From: Dimorphilus gyrociliatus
Lineage: Eukaryota; Animalia; Annelida
Assembly: GCA_904063045.1 (NCBI GenBank)
Contig: CAJFCJ010000007.1
Span: 2,487,404-2,551,403, forward strand
DNA length: 64,000 nt
Reading direction: 5' to 3'
In this document: positions 40,773 to 54,610 of the stretch, piece after piece
How the letters are laid out: each line of letters opens with the position of its first letter
Position numbering within the stretch: position 1 is the stretch's first letter
Notes under the pieces: model-generated
What the model saw: the letters and a program-made list of their open reading frames with translations, nothing else
What the model was told of the DNA's origin: nothing
The model's database searches: none
Made by a program: the position numbers and the translations under genes

Positions 40773-43700
40773 ATGAATCGTATGAACATGATGGATCAGT
40801 TTCAAGTTGCAGCTGAAGAAGATGATATGTATGGAGGATTCGGAAATCAAGTTGACGAGACTGAAGTAACTTAAGAAATTACTTGTATGATTGTTTCTTT
40901 CACTTTTTATTTCCATAGACTCTTACAAATGACCCAGCCTTTCAACAAGCGGTTAGGACTAGTCACGGTAGACGACCACCTCCGACAGCCGCTCGTTTGA
41001 AGACGGGTGTTAGGGGTAATATTATTCCTCCATCTTCAATGGGAAGACCAGGACCGTCATCCCTTGGAAGGCCAATGACAGGTTCCGTCGATGGAGCTAA
41101 CAGACCTATGACAGCAGTTCGTGGAGCTGGTTATTCATCTCAAGCGCGGGGAGTTGGGTATGATAGTGGGAAGTCTGCTGCTCCAGCACTTGAAGGAAAG
41201 GGTGATGATACTCCCGAAGAAAGAATTAGACAATTAGAAAAAAAAGTAAACGAATTGATAGAGGAAAGCTGCATTGCTTCGGCCAGCGGGGATTATCAAA
41301 CATCCTTAGAAAAGGCAAAAGAAGCTGGTCGTAAAGAAAGATTACTCGTACGGGAAAGGGAAAAGCTGTCAAGCGCCGATCAGATAAATCTTGATTTAAC
41401 ATATAGCGCCCTTTTCAACTTAGCCAATCAGTATACACTGAATGAAATGTACAACGAAGCCCTAAATACTTATCAAATCATAGTAAAGAATAAAATGTTC
41501 AGCATGGCAGGTAAAAAGATTAAACTTACATAAAGATTAATAGTAAGGATCACCTAAATTATTTCACAGGTCGTTTAAAGGTTAATATGGGCAATATTTA
41601 TTTCAAACAAAGGCAATATAGCAAAGCGATCAAATTTTACCGAATGGCACTTGATCAGATTCCCAATACCCACAGGGGAATGAGGTATTAAATTCCTTTG
41701 AATATTCGCCTCAATGCATCAAAATAATAAATTAACTTTTGTTTGTTTTTTTATCACTGATGTAAAAAAAAGAATTAATATGCTTACAGGATCAAAGTGA
41801 TGCATAACATCAGTGTCTCTTTTGTCAAGTTGGGCCAGTATAATGATGCCGTGACTTCTCTAGAAGTAATTATGCAGGAGGAGCCAGACATGAGGACTGG
41901 GCTAAATTTAGTCCTTTGCTATTTTGCTCTAGGAGATAAGGAAAAGATGAAAAAAACTTTTCAAAGGATGCTTACCGTCGATTTAAAAATCGACGACGAT
42001 GAAAAGTATGCACCTCACCCAGATGATGCTCAACATACTCTTATATTAGAAGTGATCAAGAATGATAGTCTTCGACAAATTGAGAGAGAACGCCGCAATA
42101 CAGCTGAACGCTGTATTAAAACTGCCGCCAAACTAATTAGCCCAGCAATTGAACATTCTTTTACAGCTGGCTACGATTGGTGTATGGATCAAGTTAAAAC
42201 GTCGAATTTCATGGAGCTTGCTCACGACTTGGAAATCGATAAGGCTATTGGCTATCTAAAGAAGAAAGACTTTGCACAGGCAAGTATTTCCTTTAAGAAA
42301 TATTTGAAAAGGGACTAATTAATAATTTTTTCAATAAATAAAGGCTGTCGATGCTCTGAAATCATTTGAAAAGAAGGACACAAAGGTTGCTTGCACAGCA
42401 GCTACGAATTTAAGTTTCCTTTATTATGTGGTAAGTGACATATTCACAAATATAATATTTAAAAGTTTCGTATTTACCTTAATCGTAAAGAAATTTGTTT
42501 AATAAGGAAACTATTTTTACTAAAATTTTACAGAGCGGAGAGGTATAAACCCTTAAATTACTAATCATATGATCTTCGCTTCTTATTCCCAAACTTCTAT
42601 TAACAAAGTGAATCTGTTTTATGTAAAATTTCAAAAAAGAAAGACAAAAACACCCCTCTAACTCAAACAGACTTTGCAAACAACTTGCGCACATAAAAAC
42701 AGATTCTCTTTTTTTTGTCTATATTGTGTTGTGAAACACACAGTTTTCCTTGTTTGTTTGCAACCTTTTCAACGAAAAAAAACCAAACAAAACTTCCTTA
42801 TTTTCAATGCCTTTTATTTTGTATTTTCCCTCTCTTTTAATGGGGCAATGACAAACATGTAAGGTTTTAAAAAAATTCCATTGAAATATAATATATATGT
42901 TTGTAAACATGTATACATACATATACATTATATGTTACTATATGTAGAAAAAAGTGTTTTATTTTCGTTTTTAGAGATAATCTTTTGAAGTAATTGTAAT
43001 CCTGACTCTTATTCTCATCATTTCTTTTCGTTTAGGAATCAGATTTAAATCAGGCTGACAAATATGCCGATTTGGCTCTGACGGCCGATAAATACAATCC
43101 TCCAGCTTTGGTAAACAAGGGAAATATTTATTTTAAAAGGAGAGACTACGAAAAAGCCCGTGAATTTTATAAAGAGGCTTTACAGAATGATTCTTCATGT
43201 GTTGAAGCCCTTTATAATGCTGGTACGAGGATTTAGCATTTTATTTTTTTTGTTGACAAATTATGCGACTTATTCGTCCCACTTAGGCCTATGTAACAAG
43301 AAATTAAAACGCTACAGAGATGCCTTAGATTCATTTTACAAGTTACACAGTATTTTAAGGAATAACGGACAAGTTCTATTTCAAATTGCGGATTTGTAAG
43401 TTGAATAAATAGACATTTTAGTTGTGGTATTAAAACATTTTATTCGTTTCTTTCTATTAACTTTATAAGGCTCGATTTAATGGGTGAAAACGCCCAAGCA
43501 CAAGAGATGTTTATGCAACTTTTGGGAGTCGTTCCAACTGATGCCGCAATTTTAGCCAGATTGGGTCAAATGTTTGATGCGGAAAATGACAAAGCCCAAG
43601 CCTTTCAATATAACTATGACGTAAGAAATTTATTAAACTATTTCACTTTCATTAAAATACATTCAATACATGTGGTTTTCCTAAAAACATTTGCAGTCCT

Positions 43701-44797
43701 ACCGTTATAATCCCTCGAATATAAAAATAATTGAATGGCTTGGAGCGTACTACATTGAGAGCCAGTTCTGTGAGAAAGCAATTCAATATTTTGAACGTGG
43801 GGCAATTATCCAGTAGGTTTTATTGAATAAAGTGTCCTCTAAGGAATTCTTATAATGGTCATATATTTCCTTCTTCACACTAATAGACCTAACCAAGTAA
43901 AATGGCAGCTCATGGTTGCTTCGTGTCATCGTCGAAGTGGAAACTACCAACAAGCATTGGATACCTATAAACTGATTCACAAAAGATTCCCAGATAATAT
44001 TGAATGTTTGTATAACGCGATTGGCAAATAGCAAAAATGAAATAACTTGCTTTCTCTTCTTTCTCGAAAGGCTTGAAATTTCTTATTCGAATTAGTTCTG
44101 ATATGGGCTTGAAGGAGAGTGCAGACTATGCAACAAAATTGAAAAAGGCGGAGAAAAATGCAAAACTGAGAGAGGACCGTATCAATTCCGGGAGAAGAAA
44201 GGGTAGTGGAAGAAGTCGACAGTATAACGATAGACAGGATAGTGCTGGAAGTGGTAAATACTATCAATATATATATACTGTATATATATGAAATATATTC
44301 TTGTACATTAAGAAAGTAACCATAAACGTATTTATTACTCGATTAATAATATTTGTTAACATCTGTTTAAATATTCTTTTAATGCATGCTAGTCGGTAGT
44401 CGACTTGGAAGCTCAACAGGTACAAGAAGCACAATTAATCTTTAATCTATATTTATAAATACTGTCCATTTTCAATGATAACTCATCTTCTTTTATAATA
44501 GAGAGAAATGCAACTGGTCGTGCGGGTCATGAGAGGGCTCCTATTACAGAGCCTGATTCTGATTTATTTGCCAACGGCGATAAAAAAGCAATTGGTACGT
44601 AACGGTCGTCGATATTTTTTTATAAGATCTTTTTTTTCGCTCTTTAATCTTTCCCTTTTGATTTTATTACAGATACAAATTACGCGGATCCTCTTGGACC
44701 AGCTGTTGAAAGGCCTAAAACAGCTGCGACTAGACGAAAAGCTGACGAGAATGAATTCGAGGACGAGGAACTCGGTGATGATCTTCTACCAGTTTAG
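40773..44797 (+). CDS. IFT88: Intraflagellar transport protein 88 (TPR)
   Basis: EEDDMYGGF, FQQAVRTSHGRRPP, RPMTAVRGAGYSS, INLDLTYSALFNLANQY, VNMGNIYF, ALVNKGN, WQLMVASCHRRSG and YTDPLGPAVERPKTA; stop at 44795-44797. Confidence 0.96.
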
Positions 44798-45084
44798 CAT
44801 TACTTAAATGAGAAAATTGCACAAGATATAGATATTTATTTATTTTCAAAATGTATTTGTTCTTTATTGCGAAAATTCCGTCCTTCAAATATCAACGTAA
44901 ACTGAAAAGAAATACAAATCATACTCAATTATTCGTTTCTGCAGTATATATAATTTTCAGCTTATTTTTTTCTTTTCTTTTCAAATGAGAGGCACTCTTC
45001 CTTAAATAATGAATGTTATTTAGAAGAAGTTAACGATTAATCCCGTTAATGAATAATATACGTATAAAGATAAACGAAAACACT

Positions 45085-46779
45085 TTATTCATTAACTCTT
45101 CTTGATCCACATGGTGTCCATGATTTTTTAAAAACATTCTGAATCTCTTCTAAGGATTTACCCTTCGTCTCGGGAACAAAGAGAGAGACGAAGATAATGG
45201 CTATCAAAGCGAACGATGTATACAAATAGAAAGCTCCGTATTTGGTTATTGCATCGGTTAAACTTAGGAATGTCATAGATATTATCAAATTTGATATCCA
45301 ATTAACAGATGTGGCGACGGCGTTCCCTGTGCTACGTGCCCAAAGGGGATATATTTCGGCGTTAATCGTCCAAGGCATAGGACCCATACCCGGGGCAAAA
45401 AAAATTAAATATACTATCATTCCTACTAAAGCAATCCAAGAATATTTAGTAGGACAAAAGTCTTCATTAAATTTGAAAGTATCCCCAATTTTGGATTGGC
45501 AAAGATTGCTCGTAGAATTTTTAATATAAGGTAGACAAGTGGAAAATGTGGAATTGTAGCAGTATCCACAGTTTTCTGCGCTGATACATTTGGTACAGCT
45601 TGTATACATAGAGCAATGAGTATCTGGAATAGGATTGTTAACTGTTGCGGAATGAATAGAAGATAATTGAAACCCAATTCCTAGGAAAGCCAGACTGAAA
45701 GTTACTCCTACAAGACTGCTAATAGTTAATAATCTTCTTCCTATTTTTTCCACAAGGTAAATACCAACCAAAGTAAAAAGGAAGTTGACTGCCGCAGTAA
45801 CAGCAGCCAACCATATTGCCTTTTTTTCGTCTTCAACACCTGACATTTTTATAATGGTTGCACTATAATACATGACTGTATTGATACCAGATAATTGTTG
45901 GAATAATTGCAAACCACAGCCAACAATAAGAGCCTTTCTCACAGTGGAATCCATTAGCATTTGAATTAGTAGAAATCGTCGGCTAGTTCTGACATTTTTA
46001 TCTTCTTCAATATTTGTTTTTATTTCGTGTATCTCATCATCTACATTCGCGTTCCGAATTTGGCGTAGAACAGCTATTGCTTCGTCATCTCGATTTCTTG
46101 CAAATAGCCACCTGGGAGATTCAGGTAGAAAGAAAAATCCAATAAATTGAATGATTGCTGGAATGGCTGCCAATCCAAGCATATATCTCCACCCATTAGG
46201 TTTAACACTACTGAATAGGCCGTCTATTATGCTAGCAGCTAACTGTCCAAAAGTTATAGCGCCGTTATTCAGTGTTACGAGATAACCTCGAAGATTAGAA
46301 GGTGAACATTCGGCAATATACATTGGTACTGTCATTGATGCAAGACCTATACCAATGCCAACAATAATTCGACCAATGAGCAGCATTTCTTTATTAAAAG
46401 ATACGCCAAGTAAAAGAGAACCAAGCGTAAAAACGAAACTAGCAACTAAAATGGTACGTTTTCGCCCAAATTTTTCATTAATTACCCCTCCAATCATTGC
46501 AAAAATTGCTGCTGCACCCACCGTGACTGATATAATTAATTCTTGCCAAACGTGATGTAATTTAAATACATCTGCAAGTAAAATCATTGCTCCTGATACA
46601 ACACCAGTATCATAGCCAAAGAGGAAGCCTCCGATAGTAGAGAAAAAAGCCAATACGTAAACAAATCTAGAATTGTTGGCCCTATATTTTATGCCACTTT
46701 CGGACTGCAAAAGTGGTTCTTCTCCTTCATCCATCATAGAATTGTCGTCTGTCAAATGGGCGTTACTGAGTTCAAGCAT
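45085..46779 (-). CDS. SLC2A13: Proton myo-inositol cotransporter HMIT (MFS sugar porter), intronless
   Basis: GGFLFGYDTGVVSGA, PESPRW, QQLSGINTVMYY, Cys-rich TM9-10 loop, PWTINAEIYP, PETKG and an N-terminal DEGEEPLL dileucine motif. Confidence 0.94.
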   Translation of the reverse strand: MLELSNAHLTDDNSMMDEGEEPLLQSESGIKYRANNSRFVYVLAFFSTIGGFLFGYDTGVVSGAMILLADVFKLHHVWQELIISVTVGAAAIFAMIGGVINEKFGRKRTILVASFVFTLGSLLLGVSFNKEMLLIGRIIVGIGIGLASMTVPMYIAECSPSNLRGYLVTLNNGAITFGQLAASIIDGLFSSVKPNGWRYMLGLAAIPAIIQFIGFFFLPESPRWLFARNRDDEAIAVLRQIRNANVDDEIHEIKTNIEEDKNVRTSRRFLLIQMLMDSTVRKALIVGCGLQLFQQLSGINTVMYYSATIIKMSGVEDEKKAIWLAAVTAAVNFLFTLVGIYLVEKIGRRLLTISSLVGVTFSLAFLGIGFQLSSIHSATVNNPIPDTHCSMYTSCTKCISAENCGYCYNSTFSTCLPYIKNSTSNLCQSKIGDTFKFNEDFCPTKYSWIALVGMIVYLIFFAPGMGPMPWTINAEIYPLWARSTGNAVATSVNWISNLIISMTFLSLTDAITKYGAFYLYTSFALIAIIFVSLFVPETKGKSLEEIQNVFKKSWTPCGSRRVNE

Positions 46780-49700
46780 AGGCCAATCAAAAAAACCAAT
46801 TAAACATTTTAATCTTTATCAGGAAAACACATATAAACAGGCGTCAGATGGCGCCCTATTCCTACACTACGGAATAGCTGACTATTCTATGTCTAATATC
46901 CGAAGGCGGGTAAATGTGTTCGATAAAAATTGAAAATAAATATATTTAAAAAATATGCCTCATATAATATATGCTATATGTTACGATAGAACGAAGTATA
47001 AACAATCTACAAACGGCTAATTATAGAAGTAATCAGTTCCCTAGTAAGACAATATTATGGAAATTAATTAAAATCTTATAGTTTCGCTCTTTTCTACTCA
47101 ATTTAGAAAACTGTCATTCTTGATTATATTTTTTGCCGTGATTATTCATAATCATGTGACAATAAACTTATATCGCTCTTTGTTTTGTATAACCTCTAAT
47201 ATAATAGGCTGAAAAAGAGGAAATCTATGTAATCGCTTGGTTTATTGTTTTTTTTTGTTTTTGCTTTCTAAACGTTGTTTGTATATATATATATATATAT
47301 TACTGGTAATGTTGTATGGTATATTAATAAAAGATGCTTCAATGATAGATTAGAGATGAAGAAGAATATATAAATTTCTAATTTTATATATTAGTAATAT
47401 ATCGATTGAGAATGTTATATATATTCTTAAAAACTTATTAAAATGTTTAAAAAGATATCGTATAACTTAACTTATACTATGCATATTATTGTTTGTACTG
47501 TTTATTATAATATTGGCTTTTTGTACAACTTACTATGTATGAAATATCAAATTACCTCTATAAATTAAATGAGATACTTTCTGGTTCTTTCTTAATGTGA
47601 AAAACATTAATTAATCAATAGCATCGTTTTATCTCAATCAATTTTACTGTATACGTTAAATTTTATATTGCTATCAATCCACCTTGAGTATTGAAAGAAT
47701 TCTTCACCGTCAGCTAGAGCCTTCTCGTTATTTTATCCTTTCAAAAGCCAACATCTTTTAAAGAGAAAGCGAGATGAAGGAGTTGGAATTCAAAAAAATG
47801 AGGAAATAAAAGTAAAAGATTACATATCAGCCTTCAACATTGATCTAAGTGTAATTATATTATTGGAATGTATTTTTGTATATAATGATAATGTATTAGC
47901 TATCAATAAAGTAATATACTGTACTAGATTCGACTGGCAACAATAAAAAAAGTAAGCTAGGTAAGACTGCGAAAAACGATAGAACTTAACATCAAGCTAT
48001 CGTATTATTTTACAAATAAGAGCGCAATTAGTACACTTTATTCTAATTTTTTATGCTTGAACCAATATTTTATAGGTCTATAAGAGATTTTTATATAAAT
48101 ATATAATTATACAATATTACTTCTTAATATATTTAATGTTTAACAATCATTTAATTTAAATGTATTTGCTTTTTTGAGCGAAAGAAATAGATAAACTGTG
48201 TAGCTAATGGAATAATTTTTCTCCGACCTTTATCGGCTTTGTTCCAACATTAAACAATCGTTTAAAGTATTTTATACTTCATAAGCTCCTTTTCAACACG
48301 CACCATCCAGCTTTTGAGCATCAAATTTTTATTTATTTTCAGCTAATTTTAATAGAGAAATATACGATTGTCTTTCATTAAGGTTAGAAGAATTTTTACT
48401 GGATCCCTTCTTCTTCTATTTTATAAATAGCGTATTCAATTATTTATGTAAGAGTTAAAACTAGATCAATAATTAAAGTATAAAAACTATAGTGTATACG
48501 TATATAAACAATATATTTATAGCACATAATAATATATACATATATGAAATATTGTCAAAATTTTAGGATAAAAACGCTCCAATCTTAATTCATAGCCGAA
48601 CGTGTTTAATGAGTAACGTATTGGTTTTCTAGGGAAAGGATAAAATGTCAAAAAATGTTAGCTTAAATTAAGATGAATTCTCTACTTTTATATTCCTTTT
48701 TTTTTATCTAAAATTATTATTCGTATTATAATTAAAACTTGCCATGCCGAAGCCAGAGCCCCATTCCTAATAAAGTTAGAATATCTTATTTCTCTTATTA
48801 TCAATTTGTTTTGCTTCCCTTACTGCAAAATAACGTCATCGCACCTGCAAAAACAGATTCTCTTTTTTTTTTATAAATGTCACACATAATAAATCTCACA
48901 AAATATAATGTAACTTTTCATTATGTCGCTTACTTCTTAATCTGTATTTATGTTAGTAATACCGAATCATTATAAAGATTAATTTTACAAATTTGTAACT
49001 TAATGAAAGAATTGCCTATTATTCAGAATTTTATAATTTCTGGTATTCTTGACACTTTTATTAATATGAAAGAGGCAAATGAGAAAGAGCATGGAAACAA
49101 AATGACATTTTAACAACTAATTTACATAATTTATACTAAAAAGAGTGTATATACTATACAATATATACGGTATATGCTGTATATTTACCCGACTATACTT
49201 ATTAAAGATCCAAATTTAAAAAAAATACCAAACTATCATTTTTTTCCTTTATTGATGATAATCATTATGGTAAATTATATGGGGTTATTTGTCATCTATA
49301 CACTTGGAAATCCTAGCTAATTGTAGCAAATAAAAATCTCCCAACATTCATTAGGGAAAAATGTTATATATCGCCTAAATTACACAAAAAATTACACTCT
49401 CTGTGACAGAAAATGTAAGAGTTTCTCTTCTGGAAGAACAAGCCTTATAGACGCTCGAACAAATTGTTAAAATACTAACGGGACGTGCCTTAATTAGTTG
49501 GCATTCCCTTAAGTACAGTTTATACATTTTTTTTGTCAGAAACGTACTACAGCTAATCAAATCGTCTTGAGTAAATGCTAATTAAGTACGGCTGCTAATA
49601 GTGAATTTATTTTCTGCTTTTTCTCATTCATTTTCCCTGTTTAGCTAAGAAGGTATAGATAAGAGTATTACTATTTATGAATATCATGTATTTTTCTAGG

Positions 49701-50746
49701 GTCGGGAATAGTTTAAATCGAATCGTAATCACTTATAACAAAGATAAAATGAAGCCAGAGTGATTAAAAGGAGTATGAATGAAAAAAAGATAGGATGGAG
49801 AGTAAATATATCATTCGATAAAGGGTTATGATGTATTCGAATATATATATACTGTATATACAGTGTATTCTTACAGATATTAGAGATCTTATTCAATTAT
49901 ATGATAACGATAATTAATTATTAAGTAATTTTTCCTTGAAGAATCTTTTCTTCAATGATAACCTAAAATCTAATCACCATCAATGACTGATATGTATTAA
50001 GTACTTAATAATACATAAGCATAAGCAGCATATATATGTATGTATACTGCAATTGAGAGATAGATAAAATAGAAAAGAGAAGACGAGAAAGAAATAGATG
50101 GAAACTATAGAATTATTATCAGTAACCAAGTAAAGAGCTTATATTGTATATTTATAAATACACAAAAGGAATTGTCGTGAGGGAAACATCGATAGTTCAT
50201 GGACCTCTCTTCATCTATCCTTAGCTAGAGTCTTAGTTTCAACAATTAATACATTTAATAAATGATTTTTTATCATCCTTAAAATAAAAGAAAGATGCAG
50301 TATACTATATCTTGATGACCTTCGAAAGGTTCTATTATATCTTGTAATTGATTATGACAAGGAGTCTTTCGAAACTGCTAATAATTTTATAAAGAAGAAG
50401 AAGGATAAGATGTTCCCTTTTCTCCTTTGGAAAAATTTATCCAGCCAGAAGATAAAACATTTTTTTTACAGCATTCAATGGAACAGTTGATAAAGATGAC
50501 ATACAATGTTAATAAATTGAGTATTAAGGTAATAATATAAACTATAATCGTTTTTATTGGGAAGGAGGGAGAAGGGAAAAGTGCCGACGTTTTACAATAA
50601 AATGTTATTATAAAAGATATAACAATATATTACTTTTGATTACTGACTTCTTTATATTTTTTATTGCTTTGAATATATCGTCTTTCTCCCTCTTTTTTCT
50701 TATTCATTTCTTTCTTTATCGTATGAATAACGTCATTATACCATCA

Positions 50747-53102
50747 TCACCAATCCAAAGGTCTTTCGAAAACGTGCCATTTAGGAGACGCGTATTTTTT
50801 ATCAAGATAACTATGAATAAAGAAGTAAGAGTCATTTTTCAGCATGAAATATATATATATAAATTAACCAGACCATTTTATTTCTCGATTGAACGAATCG
50901 GGACCACAAGCCATAATGAATACACCTTTTTGGTCGTGGGGTAACCAACCTCTAGCTTCGTTTACAACAGTACCATTTTTACCTGTCCAATTTTCTTCCT
51001 CAGTTAAGACGTAAACAACGTTAAAGCTTAAAGTAAATTTAATAAAAAATTAACAACAATAATACGGTATTTTGATGATATTTAATTATAAAATAAGAAA
51101 AAGAACCTTACTTTTCAACCTCATGATTCATTTGATCTAATTGATATTTCCATATTATATCCCGTTCTCTCTTATTAAAGTACATTAGATTCATAATCCT
51201 GAAGATATTTAAAGCTCAATAATTTAGCTATTAAAGTTAAAAACTAAAATTACAAACGTTTGTTGTTGAAAATTAAAACAATAATGTATTATTGAAGCTA
51301 GCGGAGTAAATCCAGTGCCACCGGCCAACATATAAATCTTCTCTGCATTTTTTATGACTCTAATATCAAATGTTCCTGAGAAATTACTCACTTTTAACCT
51401 TTCACCTATAAAGAAAAAGAGGCTGTTGTAGGATCTATCCAAAAAGAATACGCAACTAATTACCAATATCGGCATTTAGAAAGTTGTTTGTAAAGCTCCT
51501 ATCGAAGTCCGGATACATTTTAATGATTACGTTAAAAACTTGTCCATTTTTCACTCTATCATCGTTGTGTCTAAGAGAATAAGGCACAGGTGTATAGGCT
51601 TTAAAATCTAAATCACTGAAATCTGTTTATTAGAAGAAAAAAATAGGGTATAAAATACTTAAGTAGGATAGAATTAAAGAGAAACTATACCATCTCCATC
51701 CATCCCATAAATATATAAATGTCTCGAGGGAGGAATGCAAAACTTCGATCCGTTTCTTAGGGCTAGCGTGAATAGCTTCGTGTTGTGCGCAACTTCGTCG
51801 ACGTTGATGATTTTACATTTTCGTTTTCGATATTCTTTTAATGTTGTAAGAAAGAAGAAAAGAAGATAAAGCAAGATAGATAGAAAAAGATTACGGAGAA
51901 AACAGAACGAAAAAGGAAAGAAAAGAAGAGATAAAGAGAAAGGATAAGCCTATTAGAGAAAGAAAAAGAATAAGGAAAAAATGCTAGGTTGATGAAATTT
52001 ACAGACAATTTACATATTGAATCTAGCATTGGATTGTAAAATATAGATTAAAATAACTTAAATAAGGCTAAATTATTCACTTACTCCACTCATCACTGTC
52101 GTCTAAGCTCATGCATAAGGGAAGAGGTGGCTCTGTTTTTCTTTTCTTTGTAGTTGTCTCTTTCTTCTTAAATCGTATATCAATTACATCCAACTGCAAA
52201 AATATAATGAAATATAACCATTTAGCTCGCATTTTGTATAATTATTATGGATATATACTTCTTTAAACAACGTTACAAAATATAAACTTATTTTTAATAT
52301 GATACTCCTAAAATGTACATTTCCTATAATATACCGTATTTTTATCCTATATCTGGATCATCATTATTATCTGCCTATCGAACTACCAAGCGCAGCGATT
52401 TACTCAACAGTTGCACTCTAGCTATTGCCTATGCTTCTTTAACGATACGATATAGGGTGAAAGCCATTTATAATCAATAGAAGGCGTAAGTTGTGACAAA
52501 CAAAAAAAAATGTTAGTGCTTTACGGTATACTATCTGTCAGTAAATTAGCCGTTTTTCTATTAGTATGTTACATAAGAGTAACCCATATCTTCAAGTATT
52601 TTCCAAATTAATTAGAGACGTTTCAGGTGATAGAATTTGTTACCAACAGCACCTGAGTTTTTGATCAAAGTAAAAGAACGTATATCTCCGGGGTAACAAA
52701 CGAAATAGGAGAAGTTGTAGTTTAAAATGTAGCAATACTTTGTAAACAATGTATATCGATAGGGTAAATTAAAGGTTCCTCCCATGTCCTGTTTCTCGGT
52801 CAGCCCTTAACAAATATACACCTTTAGCAAAAAATAGAAAGAAATTTAATTTAGCGAGTGAAGCTGCTCTCTCGTGCTATAAGTCTTACGAGTTAGAAAG
52901 CAGATATAATCAAAGGAATATGTAGAGATATTATTAATATTTTATACGAATACAGAAAAATACGACAAACAAAGAGCGTAGATTGCTGAGAGAAAAAGAA
53001 ATATAAAAACATATAATATAGATAATAATATATAGATACACAGGGGATAGAGGGGATAGATAGGTAGATATGTAGAATGATAAAAGATTGTAGTAATTGA
53101 TT

Positions 53103-53135
<33 letters not shown>

Positions 53136-54301
53136 TGTATATTCTTTTAATTTCTTAATTAAATAATTAGATTAGAATAGTAAAATGTCTAAAAACCTTA
53201 TTTTAGTCAGAGCTGCTTTTCTTCTTAGCGTCATCGAATATGACACGAACAGGTACGTTTTTTACAGTTTATATTAAAAAACCTCTTACGTATTTTCTTA
53301 CTACAGCATATTTCGATATAAACAAGGGTTTATACAGACAGTATAAGTTATATATGAACTACACAAATATACACATTATATAATATACCATATATATAGA
53401 AAATGGTTTTCTTCGTATATTAAATATAATATTACATCTCTCCTTTCTAAATCTCTTCCTTTATCACTCTCTTTTATATATAATGACATAAAAACTTACT
53501 TCTAGACTTGTATGATTTTCCTTAACGAATATATGCTGCTTTACTGTTTGTATTGTAAAATTATCGTAGAAATCTCGATCTGGAAGATAGAAATAGAATA
53601 AAAAAATACAGAAAAAGAAGGTAAAACTTTTACAAGGTTTCTTAAAAAGCTTTTGTTTATACTAACGTATAGTTACGCTGTAGGGCTTTTCTACAGTATC
53701 TTCCGAATCCCTAATAATGACGTGAATCTCCACGTATTTATCAAATTTATCTATTATAATATCATTTTCGTTAATAACTGCGGTTGTAGATGAAATAAGA
53801 GCTGTAACTTCTTTACTATCTTCAACACAAAAAAATCTGTCAGGAATAATCTATTAGTCCTAATTGATATTTCAGTAATAATAATCAAACTAATACATAG
53901 GTCGAATGGACGGAAGGGAAATTAATTCAAATGTGTTAGGAACAGTTTGGAATGATCCTTGGGGAGAAACTTCGTGGTCTATTCCGAAGGAAAAAATAAG
54001 AGTATTAATGTATTAGTATATATATTGTTTATATGTATATACTGTATATATATATATGTACATATGACATAATTAAAAATAATAATTTCTTATATACATA
54101 TTATGAAAGCTTGTGATTCTTTTTATTAATAACGATTAGCAGTGATTGAAATATGAATTTTTGCTTACTTATATGTGAATAGGGAAGAGTATGCTTGGAA
54201 GCTGAAAATATATAATTTATTAATATTCTCTTTATTTCCTTATGCCTTAAAAAGATTTTATACTCACGATTTTTCAAACAAGACGGTACAGCTCCTCCCA
54301 T
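50747..54301 (-). CDS. Cytochrome b5 reductase 4-like flavoprotein (CS + FAD-binding + NAD-binding), apparently without a cytochrome b5 domain
   Basis: Not present as one ORF in the track. Exons 54268-54301, 53897-53978, 53667-53836, (candidate micro-exon 53290-53300), 52085-52193, then exons down to 50747 give YRKRKCKII..EVAHNTKLF, KAYTPV, MLAGGTGFTPL, MYFNKRERDIIW, MACGPDSF and HVFERPLDW*. Splice phases are consistent. Confidence 0.78.
53105..53133. repeat. (AT)n microsatellite
   Basis: Direct reading; lies in an intron of the CYB5R4-like gene. Confidence 0.85.
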
Positions 54302-54610
54302 CTTTTAATGAAATCCACTAAACTGTCCAAAGAAACATACGTTACACGATTAAAATAAACTAATCAACCTTTTCAGGTATTTATAATGCGATTTATGATT
54401 AACATTATAACTGTCAATCGTCTTTGAACGAACAGTTATCTTTTAAAAGAACTGAACACAATTCTGAGGATTGCGCCATATTGAAATGGATAGCGTATTC
54501 TTCCGCAGTTGGAACTATTTTTTAGCTTCTGGTCATAGTTCATTAGATATCACTGTTACAATTGAACAGCCGATAAAGAAGGGATTTGCCGCTGACACGT
54601 CATATAGAAA
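54302..54610. promoter_or_regulatory. Bidirectional promoter CYB5R4-like/OPLAH
   Basis: Head-to-head starts about 310 nt apart. Confidence 0.5.

Noticed and set aside
51110-51200. Suspected frameshift or pseudogene in the CYB5R4-like gene
   Set aside because: Careful reading gives an intact frame (YFNKRERDIIWKYQLDQ).
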